62,637 nucleotides of DNA, from assembly GCA_049276695.1 (NCBI GenBank), contig JBASWX010000179.1:1-62637 (forward strand), written 5' to 3'. Each line of letters starts with the position of its first letter. Position 1 is the stretch's first letter. Below the pieces are notes generated by a model. The model had not been told where the DNA came from. It worked only from the letters and a program-made list of their open reading frames with translations, and ran no database searches. Below are positions 27,516 through 36,545 of this stretch, piece after piece. The stretch is from Planctomycetota bacterium. Its GTDB lineage: Bacteria; Planctomycetota; UBA1135; UBA2386. The translations under genes and the position numbers were made by a program.

Positions 27516-30500
27516 TCACTTCGCCGGCGGCGCCACTTCGCGGATCACTGCGCCGCGCTGCTCGTCGAGCACCAGCACCGCGTAGCGGCTCGCTCCGGCG
27601 TTCGGGTCGTCGGACAGCGACGCGTAGTCGAAGCGGCCACGCAGGTCGGTGTAGCCGTCCTTGTGGAAACGCACGGTGCCGTCGGGCAGCTTCGCGAACA
27701 CCTTGACGTAGGTCTTCGGCAGCGGCGCCTGCGTGTCGGGCGCCGTCACCGCGACCTGGCCCCACGACTCCAGGAAGCGCACCGCCAGCGCATTGGCGAA
27801 GTACTGCTGGCTGCGCACCAGCCCCGCGCCGCGCACCTCGACCAGCACGTTCTTCTGCCAGAACTGCGCCGGCAGCGGGAACGACGTCGTCGCACCCGTG
27901 CCGAGGTCCCTGGTCTCCTGCAGGTTCGGCCGCACGAACGCCGCCGACGCGCCGTCCTTGCCGGCGAACGGCTGCGCCGAGAACGCGAACTCGACGTCGA
28001 GCTCGTAGTAGCGCACCTCGCACTGCGCGAGGTTCCTGTGCGCGATGTTCACGGTGCGGTCGGCGATCGCCAGTTCCAGCGACGGCGCCTGCGCGGCCTG
28101 GTCGGTCGTCGGCTCGTCGCCGGCCCCGGACCGGCCGGCCGCCGCGTCGAGCTGCGTCAGCACGTCGCGGAAGCGCTGCTGCCAGTGCAGCACCGGGTGG
28201 TCCTGGTGCCGCTGCGCCAGCGTGCGCGCCCGCTGCACGTCGCCGGTGAAGAAGCACGTCCACGCCGCCAGGTAGTCGTACTGCAGCTTCGCGGCGATGC
28301 GTTCGGCGTCGACCTTGGCGAACGCGGCGAGGCCCTCCTCGATGCGGTCCTGCAGGAACAGGTAGTACGACACGACCAGCCAGTCGTCGGCGTCGAGTTT
28401 CGGGTGGTAGCCGAGCAGCGTCATCAGCGAGGAGTACTGCCGGGCGAGGTCGGCGTTGCCGATCACGCGCTGGCTGCCCAGGCGATGCGCGCGCGGGTGC
28501 ACCAGCGGGTCGAGTTCGACGTGCTGGAAGGCGCGCCGTTCGCGCGGCTCGATGGTCAGCAGCGGCGAGCTCAATGCCATGCCGCAACGGGCGACGAAGC
28601 CGTCGAGCCGTTCGAGGTGCTCGCGCGTGCTCTGCACATCGCGGTGCAGGATCCCGTACGACCACAGCGTGTCGTCGAAGACGTGCCGCGCCCGCAGCTT
28701 CGCCAGCGTCTGGGTGAAGAACTCGCGGTCCTTCATCCGCCACGCGATCTTCGCCAGCTCGAGGCCCTGCACGTTGTGCGTGTCGAGGAACGCCAGCACC
28801 TGGGCCGGGCTGCCCTGTTGCGAGACGTGCTCCCACGACGTGGTGTCGATCCGGCTCGGCGTCGCGACCACCGCCAGCGTGCGTGGCTCGGCGTTGGCGG
28901 CGAGCTTGCCCTTCTCGGCGGCGTGCGCCGGGTAGTGCGCGAAGCTGCCGGGGCCCGGGAAGTAGAACGCGTACTCGATGGTCGCGGTCGCGTACGGCGC
29001 CAGCTGCACGGTCCGGCCCTTGGTCCAGAAGCCGTTCTGCAGCGGCACCGCACCCGCGGGGATCTGCAGCAGCACCTCGGCGGTGCGCTGCATCGAAGTC
29101 GGGTTGGTGACGACGACCTGGCAGCCGTAGCCCACGTCGACCAGGAACTCGTCGGTGACGAAGGCATCGCGGCGTTCGCCGTTCTCGACGCGATAGCGGT
29201 CGTCGAGGCGGAAGAAGTTCTCGCCGAGCAGCAGCGGCGCCTGGTCGGCGACGCGTTCGGTCCTGCTGACTTCCTTGCGCACCAGCAGCAGCGGCGAGGC
29301 TGCGCGGAGCGTGCGCGAGTCGCCGTCGGCGGTGATCTCGTGCTTGCCGGCGGTGAACGGCAGGTCGAGCACCGCCAGCGCCATCATCATCTCGAGGAAG
29401 CTGGTGCTGGCCTGCACGATCGCAGTCGACGCGAACGGCTGCCCCGCGGGTGCAGTCGCGTAGTCGACCCAGAACTGGTTCGGCGCGACCGCATCGGGCG
29501 TCGCCGCCGCCATGCCCCGGTGCCACCAGTTCTGCTCGACCACCAGCTTGGTCTTCGCGACGGCGCGGTAGAGCAGCCTGGCGCGTCCGCGCTCATCGAG
29601 TTCCGCAGCCTTCTCCTTGTCCGCCGGCTCCCCGGCCTGCAGTTCGTCGGCGAGCTTGGCATCCTCGGCGGCGTCCTTGCGCGCTTCGTTCTTCGCCTCG
29701 GCGCGGCGCTCGCGTTCGGGGGCCCCGGCCTTGGCCGCCGCCGGCGGCTGCACGCCGGTCGTCGGTCCAGACGGTCGCGGGTCAGCCTGCGCCTGCCGCA
29801 ACCCGCCGAGCCAGTGATCGGCGCCGCCCTTGTCGGCGAGTTCCTCGCTCTTCAGCGCCATCGCGAACAGCTCGCCGATGCGTTCGATGCTGACCGGCCG
29901 CAGTTCGAGCGCTTCGCGGATCGCGCGCGCGATCGCACCGCGCCCCGCTTCGTCGAGCCGCTGCGCCAGCAGGATGCGTTCGATCAGGTTCAGCTGCGCG
30001 AACCGCCACGGCTCGAGGAACGCCTTCAGGTCGTCGCCGAGCAGCCAGTGGTCGAGGAACGTCTTCTCGAGCTTCTGCGCGAGGAACGGCTTCACCACCG
30101 CGGCGAAGAACTCCGGGTCACGCCGCGACAGGAAGAAGTGCAGCTCGTGGCAGGCGTGCTGCCGGTAGAGCTGCTGCTTCTCGACCATCGTCCTGGTCGG
30201 CCACGTGGTCACGAACGCGAACTTCGCCAGCTCCGGGTCGCGCGAGATCGTGTTGAGCAAGCGGAACACGCTCGCCAACGAGTCGTGGATCTCGACCTCG
30301 GCCGAACGCGCGTCGGCGAGCACCGCGGTGCCGCCAGCGGCGACGAACTCGATGCGTCGCTGTTCGACGAAGTGGGCAGCGGTGTCGAGCGCGCGCGGCA
30401 ACGTGCGCGACCGCGGCGCCACGGCGACCTCGCTCCGCACCAGCGACTCATGGATCGCCTGGTCGCCGTCCAGCGCCACGACGTGCACGTGCTGGCCATC

Positions 30501-33500
30501 GCCGAGGTCGGCCGCCGGCACGCGCACCATGCCGTCGTCGCCCGGCGTCAGGTTCGCCAGCCAGGAACTGCCGCGCGGCAGCCAGTCGAACGACGCGAAG
30601 GTGCCCGGGTTCGGTTCGAGCCCAGCCGCGGAGTGCTGCGGCGCCGGCGATGCGCCCGGTGCGCCGCCGCTGCGCCGGCCACCGAAGCGGCCACCGGCAC
30701 CCCCACCGAGACCGACTGCCTCGTTCGTCGTCTCTTCGAGCAGCCACGGGTTCAGCAGCAGGCTCGGCCGGGTCAGCATGTTGCCGGCGAACTTCGGCGC
30801 GAAGCGGCGCTCGAGCACGTAGCGGTACTCGTCGCCGAGCTTGCGACCGGAGTGGTAGCTGCTCGGCACGGTCTCACCGACGAACGCTCCGGGCGCGCGT
30901 GCCGGCGCACCAGCCAGCGCGAACGGATCGAACGTCGGCAGGTGCCGCGTCGCGACCACGTGCACGCGCGTCGCCGAAGTGACGTTCGCGAGCGCAATCC
31001 GCAGCTCGCCACCCTCGACCCGCACCGAGCGCACGTGCAGCGGCGCCGTCGAACTCGCCGCCAGGATGCGCTCCCTGCCGACCAGCCAGCGGCGGTCGCG
31101 TTCGCCGGCGGTCACGCGCACCGGGACCAGAGCGCCCGTGCGGTGGTCGTGCAGCGCGTAGTCCCCGGCCGGCAGCCCGCGCAGTTCGACGAAGCCATCG
31201 GCGATCGCCAGGTTCGCGAACATGTCCGCTTCGAGACCGAGCAGCGAGAACTCGGCGCGGCTCGGGGCCTGCGCACTGCCCTGGTAGGGCAGGCGCAGCA
31301 CGTCGCCGGCGCGACCGTGCAACGCCCGCGGCATCCGGGCGGCGTGCGGCCGCAGTTCGAACCGCCCACCCGTGCCGCCGGCCCGCTGCACGCTGACCGC
31401 CAGCACGCCAGGAAGTCGGCCGAGCGCGATGCGGCCGCTGCCGTCGGTCTGCAAGCTGACCGCGATCGCTTCGCGCAGATCCTGGTGCGCGAGCTGCAAG
31501 GCACAGGTCCGTCCGGCGAGCACTTCGCCGTTCTTGCCGCGCACCTCGACCACGTAGCCGGCTTCGGTCGCGAGCAACACGGCACTGCCGGTCTCGGCGG
31601 TCGCGTCGATGCCGTTCACCGGGAACGACGTCGCCGGCGTCGCCACCGCGACGTCCTGCCCGGCGAGGTCCTTCACCGTGCCGCGCAACGACACCGCGAT
31701 CGCCGCCAGCCGTTCCGGCACGGCGATCTCGTGCACGAACTCGCGCTCGTCGACCAGCGCCGGGTCGCGCACCTCCATCGTCGTCGCCAACCCGTCGCGG
31801 TCGGTCGCGACGACCGTCAGCACGCGGTCCTTCCACAGCGCCAGGCCGACGTCGTGGTCGGTCAGCCGCAGTTGCGGCCGCACCACGATGCGGGCCTTGC
31901 CGCCGGCGACCAGCGCCTCGCGCTCGACGTGCGCGGCACCCGTCAGCTCGTAACGTTCGGCGCGGTGCTCGAACGGCACGATGCTCGACCGGTTGCCGGC
32001 GCGCAGCACCAGCCTGTGCACCCCGGGCGCGGTCGAGAACGGCAGCAGCAGGTTGCCGCGTTCGTCGGGCAGGTACTCGCGACCGCCGAACCACGCCATC
32101 GCCGCCGGCACCGCGCGCCCGGTCTCGTCGAACACGGTGACCAACTGGCCGCCGGCCGCCGTGCGTTCCGCGAGGCGCAAGGCGCCCTTGTGGATCACCG
32201 CGCGGCTGCTGGTGCCGTTGCCGACCAGCTCGACCACGTAGGTGCCCGGTTCGCGCAGCATCGGCAGCTCGAACGTGCGCCGCACGCGGCGCAGCGGCGG
32301 CTCGTCGTAGCTGAACGTCTGCTCGAAGTTGGCGATGACGCCGTCGAGGTCGATCGTCGCGTCGACCTCCTTCTGCTTCTCGACGTGGTAGCGGAACGCG
32401 TCGATCGCGAACACCTTCAGCAACAGCGTCGGCACGTTCTTGGTGTCGACCTCGAGCCGCACCGCATCGTCGGCGCCGTGCCGCACCGGCAGCGTCGGCG
32501 GGAACGTGATCTCGATGCGCTGCTTCAACGCCTCGAGTCGCGCCGGGTCGGCGAGCAGCGCGTACCACCGTTCGGGATCGCCCTGCCCGAGCAGCAACTT
32601 CGTTTCGGCGAGCACGACCTTCAGCCAGTTCGCGTCGAGGAACTCCGCGTAGGCGTCGATGCCGTCTTCGCTGGCGAACCAGTGCTCGAGGCACGCGCGC
32701 AGCAGCGCCTCGTCGTCGCCGATCGCCGGCAACCCCGTCGGGTACGCCACGCGCAGGTCGACGTGTTCGTCGCCGCGCGCGAACTGCTTCAAGTACTGCT
32801 CCGCCCGCACGCCCGACCGCCGCGGCAGCCGGATGTAGGCGAGGAAACGCTCCTTGTCGGGCGCACCCTGCGTCAGGTCGTGCTGCAGCCAGTGGAACAG
32901 CACGTGCGCCTTCAGCGAGTTGAACGCCGGCGGCAGCCGCTGCGCGAACTCCCACAGCCGCCGCAACTGCGCCGCCCGCGCTGCCGGGTCGTCCTGCCAC
33001 GACACGTCGGCCCCGGGCTGCAGCCGCACCAGGTACGCCCGCACGAACCTGCCGTCCTGCAGCAGGCCCGGCCGCAACCGCACGCATTCCTCGAGCTGCG
33101 CGCGCCGCAGCAGGCGGTGCACTTCGAAGCTGCCGAAGCCGCCGCTGCCGCGTTCCTCGAGGTCGCGCACGACCAGCGCCGGCAGGTTGTCGACGTCCGG
33201 CCGCCGCAGCCGCTGCAGCAGGCTGCGCAGCTGCCGCGGGTTCAACGCCTGCGCCGCCAGCGCCGGCAGCGCCGCGTCGGTGAACGCATCGACGCTCTCC
33301 GGCGACCGTTCCAGCGCCACGCGCGTCAGCGCTTCGCCCGACAGCACGCCCGGGTCGAGCCGCGTCGGCAGGTCCGACACCGCCCCCGGCACGATCGGCT
33401 GGTGCGCGAACGTGTAGCCGAGCTCCCGCCGCAGCAAGGCGAACGAACGTTCCGGCTCCGCCGCGAACGACAGCAGCGCTTCGCGGTACTCGATCTCGAT

Positions 33501-33764
33501 CGCGCGGTCGTGGCGACCGTGCCGCTGCGTCCACACCGGCAGCAGCGTGCGCACCGCGGCGAAGTCGCCGGCGTCGAGCCGTTCGCGGCAGTGCCAGTAG
33601 CACCAGTCGTCCGACCCCGGGATCAGCGTCGCGACCGCCTTGGCGCGATCGGGCGCCAGCGCATAGGTCTCCTCGAATCCGATCGGGGTGCCCTGGGCGC
33701 GCAGGGCGGCGGTGACGGCGGCAAGGGTGAGAAGGACGGCGATCCGGCGGGATGGCGTGGACAT
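27516..33764 (-). CDS. Giant (2082-aa) secreted protein of unknown function
   Basis: The ATG at 33762-33764 gives MSTPSRRIAVLLTLAAVTAALRAQG (signal peptide). Composition is balanced, with abundant W/Y/F/K/E/D across all 2082 aa. The protein has a helical N-terminal ~450 aa and a beta-rich middle with Ig-like repeats ('GTYVVELVGNGTSSRAVIHKG', 'AGYVVEVRGKNGEVLAGRTCAL', 'LPAGDYALHDHRTGALVPVRV'). It also has a Gly/Arg linker, a Lys/Glu/Ala low-complexity stretch, TPR-like helices and a C-terminal 'KTYVKVFAKLPDGTVRFHKDGYTDLRGRFDYASL' segment. The equally long + ORF 27663..33896 is Arg/Gly/His-rich nonsense. Confidence 0.85.
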   Translation of the reverse strand: MSTPSRRIAVLLTLAAVTAALRAQGTPIGFEETYALAPDRAKAVATLIPGSDDWCYWHCRERLDAGDFAAVRTLLPVWTQRHGRHDRAIEIEYREALLSFAAEPERSFALLRRELGYTFAHQPIVPGAVSDLPTRLDPGVLSGEALTRVALERSPESVDAFTDAALPALAAQALNPRQLRSLLQRLRRPDVDNLPALVVRDLEERGSGGFGSFEVHRLLRRAQLEECVRLRPGLLQDGRFVRAYLVRLQPGADVSWQDDPAARAAQLRRLWEFAQRLPPAFNSLKAHVLFHWLQHDLTQGAPDKERFLAYIRLPRRSGVRAEQYLKQFARGDEHVDLRVAYPTGLPAIGDDEALLRACLEHWFASEDGIDAYAEFLDANWLKVVLAETKLLLGQGDPERWYALLADPARLEALKQRIEITFPPTLPVRHGADDAVRLEVDTKNVPTLLLKVFAIDAFRYHVEKQKEVDATIDLDGVIANFEQTFSYDEPPLRRVRRTFELPMLREPGTYVVELVGNGTSSRAVIHKGALRLAERTAAGGQLVTVFDETGRAVPAAMAWFGGREYLPDERGNLLLPFSTAPGVHRLVLRAGNRSSIVPFEHRAERYELTGAAHVEREALVAGGKARIVVRPQLRLTDHDVGLALWKDRVLTVVATDRDGLATTMEVRDPALVDEREFVHEIAVPERLAAIAVSLRGTVKDLAGQDVAVATPATSFPVNGIDATAETGSAVLLATEAGYVVEVRGKNGEVLAGRTCALQLAHQDLREAIAVSLQTDGSGRIALGRLPGVLAVSVQRAGGTGGRFELRPHAARMPRALHGRAGDVLRLPYQGSAQAPSRAEFSLLGLEADMFANLAIADGFVELRGLPAGDYALHDHRTGALVPVRVTAGERDRRWLVGRERILAASSTAPLHVRSVRVEGGELRIALANVTSATRVHVVATRHLPTFDPFALAGAPARAPGAFVGETVPSSYHSGRKLGDEYRYVLERRFAPKFAGNMLTRPSLLLNPWLLEETTNEAVGLGGGAGGRFGGRRSGGAPGASPAPQHSAAGLEPNPGTFASFDWLPRGSSWLANLTPGDDGMVRVPAADLGDGQHVHVVALDGDQAIHESLVRSEVAVAPRSRTLPRALDTAAHFVEQRRIEFVAAGGTAVLADARSAEVEIHDSLASVFRLLNTISRDPELAKFAFVTTWPTRTMVEKQQLYRQHACHELHFFLSRRDPEFFAAVVKPFLAQKLEKTFLDHWLLGDDLKAFLEPWRFAQLNLIERILLAQRLDEAGRGAIARAIREALELRPVSIERIGELFAMALKSEELADKGGADHWLGGLRQAQADPRPSGPTTGVQPPAAAKAGAPERERRAEAKNEARKDAAEDAKLADELQAGEPADKEKAAELDERGRARLLYRAVAKTKLVVEQNWWHRGMAAATPDAVAPNQFWVDYATAPAGQPFASTAIVQASTSFLEMMMALAVLDLPFTAGKHEITADGDSRTLRAASPLLLVRKEVSRTERVADQAPLLLGENFFRLDDRYRVENGERRDAFVTDEFLVDVGYGCQVVVTNPTSMQRTAEVLLQIPAGAVPLQNGFWTKGRTVQLAPYATATIEYAFYFPGPGSFAHYPAHAAEKGKLAANAEPRTLAVVATPSRIDTTSWEHVSQQGSPAQVLAFLDTHNVQGLELAKIAWRMKDREFFTQTLAKLRARHVFDDTLWSYGILHRDVQSTREHLERLDGFVARCGMALSSPLLTIEPRERRAFQHVELDPLVHPRAHRLGSQRVIGNADLARQYSSLMTLLGYHPKLDADDWLVVSYYLFLQDRIEEGLAAFAKVDAERIAAKLQYDYLAAWTCFFTGDVQRARTLAQRHQDHPVLHWQQRFRDVLTQLDAAAGRSGAGDEPTTDQAAQAPSLELAIADRTVNIAHRNLAQCEVRYYELDVEFAFSAQPFAGKDGASAAFVRPNLQETRDLGTGATTSFPLPAQFWQKNVLVEVRGAGLVRSQQYFANALAVRFLESWGQVAVTAPDTQAPLPKTYVKVFAKLPDGTVRFHKDGYTDLRGRFDYASLSDDPNAGASRYAVLVLDEQRGAVIREVAPPAK

Positions 33765-33957
33765 GTTCGGCAGTCAGCAGCGGGTCAGGGCCCAGGTCGG
33801 CAGCGGTCGCGATCGGCAGACGGCGTTGCCAACGGCTCGTCGGCAACCCGAGTTCGGCCTGCGTGCATCGTGCCCGAAGCCAACACCCGCCAGTAGCAGT
33901 CCTGCCGCGATCGCGAACGGGCGCAGCAATGCCGTGCGCCGCCGCCGGTTCCCGCGA

Positions 33958-34067
33958 CTACGCCTTCGGGTCCAGCACGCGACCGACGAACAGGATCGCG
34001 CCGCTGGCGGTGTCCCGGATCAGGAACAGGAACGGGTGGTCGGCCCGGAACACCGGCTCGAACGGCA
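33958..34067 (-). pseudogene. Duplicated 3'-terminal fragment of the serpin gene (left copy of a ~110-bp direct repeat)
   Basis: 33958..34067 is nearly identical to 34887..34996; I see one mismatch in the first 100 nt, then partial identity. It encodes ...[32 protein letters not shown] including the TAG stop. The frame is closed upstream by a TGA and has no start codon. Confidence 0.85.
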
Positions 34068-34112
34068 GCCCTCATGCCCTTTCGAATCGTGGGCCGGCTA
34101 CCATGGGCAGCA

Positions 34113-34352
34113 ATGGGCTCGCTCACCATTCCGTACGCTGAGGATCTCCTGCTCGCCATGGGGCGCTCGCCGGAGCAACTCGAGCGCGAGCTGCGATTCC
34201 TGCTGGCGGTCAAGTTGTTCGAACTGCGGCGCGTTTCGGGCGGCAAGGCCGCAGAAGTCGCAGGCATGAGCAAGGTCGAGTTCCTCGACGAAGCAGCGCG
34301 CCTTGGAGTGCCTACGATCAACCTCGAGGACGACCAGCTGGCGGACGAGTGA
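34113..34352 (+). CDS. UPF0175-family antitoxin
   Basis: The ATG at 34113 gives 79 aa: MGSLTIPYAEDLLLAMGRSPEQLERELRFLLAVKLFELRRVSGGKAAEVAGMSKVEFLDEAARLGVPTINLEDDQLADE. This is the typical UPF0175 layout ('...laiklYekgklSlgkAAelaGmsrweFlelL...gip'). It ends 3 nt before the toxin gene. Confidence 0.8.
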   Translation: MGSLTIPYAEDLLLAMGRSPEQLERELRFLLAVKLFELRRVSGGKAAEVAGMSKVEFLDEAARLGVPTINLEDDQLADE

Positions 34353-34355
34353 CGA

Positions 34356-34838
34356 GTGACTGAGTCCCTGTTGGTGACGGACAGCAGTCCACTCATCGGG
34401 TTGGCCCGGATTGGCCGACTGGAGTTGTTGCTCCGGCTGAAGTTCGACGTCGTGGTTCCGGACGCGGTTTGGCATGAAGTGACCGCCTTGCGGCGGCCAG
34501 GCGCTGCGGAGGTGGTCGCCGCGCGATGGATCCGCGTCTTGACTCCCGAGCCTCACGCCGTCGCCGCGCTCCGCATGCTCGTCGGCGAGGGCGAAGCCGG
34601 AGCAATCGCGCTCGCGCAGGCGCACCCGCAATGCCTGCTGCTCGCAGATGACTCTCGCGCCCGACGTCTGGCCAAGCAACTGGGGCTGCACTGCACGGGG
34701 ACACTTGGCATCCTGCGGCGAGCAAGGGACGCCGGCCTCCTTGCGGCAGTGCGCCCCGAAGTCGCCGCTCTGCGCGAGCACGGCTTGTTCCTTGCGCCAG
34801 CTCTCACCGAGCGCTTCCTGCGGGGAATCGGCGAGTGA
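34356..34838 (+). CDS. DUF3368-family PIN-like nuclease (toxin partner of UPF0175)
   Basis: GTG start, 160 aa: VTESLLVTDSSPLIGLARIGRLELLLRLKFDVVVPDAVWHEV...GEGEAGAIALAQAHPQCLLLADDSRARRLAKQLGLHCTGTLGILRRA. Acidic residues sit at PIN-like positions, and pairing with UPF0175 is canonical. Confidence 0.8.
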   Translation: MTESLLVTDSSPLIGLARIGRLELLLRLKFDVVVPDAVWHEVTALRRPGAAEVVAARWIRVLTPEPHAVAALRMLVGEGEAGAIALAQAHPQCLLLADDSRARRLAKQLGLHCTGTLGILRRARDAGLLAAVRPEVAALREHGLFLAPALTERFLRGIGE

Positions 34839-34886
34839 GAAAGGTGGACGCCCCACGACCACCGCGCTCTCCGCGGTGACCGGAGC

Positions 34887-36407
34887 CTACGCCTTCGGGT
34901 CCAGCACGCGGCCGACGAACAGGATCGCGCCGCTGGCGGTGTCCCGGATCAGGAACAGGAACGGGTGGTCGGCCCGGAACACCGGCCGGAACGGCATCAT
35001 CTCGATCGGGCGCACGGCGGACCCGACCGCAAGCCCCACCGCGGTGGCCGCCGCCGCTTCGGTGCCCTTCTCGGTCACCTCGACGAAGGCCTGGTGGAAG
35101 ATGTTGCCGACGAACAGTTGGCGGGTCGGGTCGGTCTCGGCGTTCATGCCGGCGAACTGCGCGCCGTGCCCCGTTCGCGGATCGACGAACGCGCGCTGCA
35201 TGCCGAGCGCCTGCATCGCGGCGCCGAGTTTGCACTCCGACCGCTGGCGCCAGCGCGGCAGCGCGGTGTCGACTTCGCGGCGGTCGAGCCGGCCCAGCCA
35301 CTGCGCGAGCCGTTCCGCCGTCAGCAGCTGTTCGAGCTGCGGCAGGCCGTCGTGCGTCTGCGGCAGCAGCACCACCATCGCCAGGTCGCCGCCCTTGTAC
35401 GGCAGCTCGATGACCTGGAAGCCACCCGCACCCGGGTAGGTCGCCATCGCCGGCGCGTCCGGGCCCGCGTTCGCCGGCACCTCGCGCGGCGTCGCGAAGT
35501 GCTCGCCGGCGCCGGTGAACGCCGCGTACGGCACGCCGCCGCGCCATTGGTCCCGCATCAGCCGCACCACCGCTCGCGCGCCCGATGCCAGCAGGAAGTC
35601 GGCGTCCGTGGTCCGGCTCGCCTCGAACGGCTCGGCCCACTCGCCACGGAAGTACACCGCGTTGGCCAGTACGAGGCGCGTGTCGGCACTGACGCCGCCG
35701 CCGGGGATCAGGTCCTGGATGCGACGTTCGGTCTGCAGCGCGACCTGGTCGTTGATCTGGCGCCGCGAGCCTTCGCAGTTGCCAAGGAAGTCGACCGGGT
35801 TGGGGCCAGCGCCGTAGTGCCGCTCGAGCGCCGCGACGAACTCCGGCAACAGCGGCGCGGTGCGCTCGAAGAACAGCGAGTTGGCGACGCGCAGGTCGTA
35901 GCGGTCGACCGTGGCGAACAGCGTGTTCAGTTCCTCGGCGACCCGATGGGCCTCGCCCGCGGCGCTGTTCGCCTGCTTCCACTCCGACCGCCGCTCCGCC
36001 GCAGTCGCGGCCGCGTTCGCCTTCGCCAGCTTGTCGCGCAGTTCGGCGATGCGTGCGCGCACCGCCGGCGCGACATCGCCACCACCAGCCACCAACCGCC
36101 GTTGCAGCGCCGCGAACGCCGCGTGCACGTCCGCCATCGGGCCGTCGCCCAGGTGCAGCGCCCGCCGCATCTCGGCCAGGGTCTCCGCGCGCGCCCCTTC
36201 CGCCGTCATCGCCAGCGCGGTGAGGATCGAGTACGGCGACAGGAACAGGTTGCCGTCCTCACGCGCGGCGAGGTGGCGGTAGAGATCGATCGCGAGGCCG
36301 TTGGTCGCGGTGGCGGCGATGCGTTCCGGCGCTGGCGACGGCGCCTGCGGGCAGTCGATCGGAGCGGGCACGAGGGGAAGGAGAATGGCGGCGAGCTTGA
36401 TGTTCAT
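34887..36407 (-). CDS. Secreted serpin (serine protease inhibitor family), predicted inhibitory
   Basis: The internal ATG (36405-36407) gives 506 aa starting MNIKLAAILLPLVPAPIDC (signal). 'NLFLSPYSILTALAMTAEGARAETLAEM' is the serpin N-terminal signature region. The hinge and reactive-centre loop is 'EKGTEAAAATAVGLAVGSAVRPIEMMPF'. The C-terminal signature is '[28 protein letters not shown]'. Confidence 0.9.
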   Translation of the reverse strand: MNIKLAAILLPLVPAPIDCPQAPSPAPERIAATATNGLAIDLYRHLAAREDGNLFLSPYSILTALAMTAEGARAETLAEMRRALHLGDGPMADVHAAFAALQRRLVAGGGDVAPAVRARIAELRDKLAKANAAATAAERRSEWKQANSAAGEAHRVAEELNTLFATVDRYDLRVANSLFFERTAPLLPEFVAALERHYGAGPNPVDFLGNCEGSRRQINDQVALQTERRIQDLIPGGGVSADTRLVLANAVYFRGEWAEPFEASRTTDADFLLASGARAVVRLMRDQWRGGVPYAAFTGAGEHFATPREVPANAGPDAPAMATYPGAGGFQVIELPYKGGDLAMVVLLPQTHDGLPQLEQLLTAERLAQWLGRLDRREVDTALPRWRQRSECKLGAAMQALGMQRAFVDPRTGHGAQFAGMNAETDPTRQLFVGNIFHQAFVEVTEKGTEAAAATAVGLAVGSAVRPIEMMPFRPVFRADHPFLFLIRDTASGAILFVGRVLDPKA

Positions 36408-36545
36408 GTGGTCGTCGCGCGGGGCGGCCCGCGAAGGCGGCGCTCCGACGCGTCCGCGACGGCGTGGTTCCCAGACACGCCGACGGGTGCGTCCGGGTGC
36501 CCGGGGAAGGAACGTCGCCCCGCGCCGTCGAAGCCGCCCGATCCA

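Noticed and set aside
23927-27706. 1259-aa + strand ORF spanning the TPR and histidine-kinase genes in another frame
   Set aside because: It is extremely Arg/Pro/Gly/Ala-rich, has no motifs, and overlaps two well-supported genes in a different frame.
27663-33896. 2077-aa ORF on the + strand, as long as the giant minus-strand gene
   Set aside because: Its composition is Arg/Gly/His/Pro/Ala-dominated (e.g. 'RQRRLRVGRRHRDLAPRLQEAHRQRIGE...') with no signal peptide or motifs. It is the mirror frame of a real gene in high-G+C DNA, where stop codons are rare. The minus-strand product has normal composition and a signal peptide.
34965-36545. N-terminal 527 codons of the listed 864-aa + ORF
   Set aside because: It is antisense to the serpin gene and Arg/Gly-rich. 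The secreted beta-sandwich protein starts at the internal ATG 36546 with a signal peptide.
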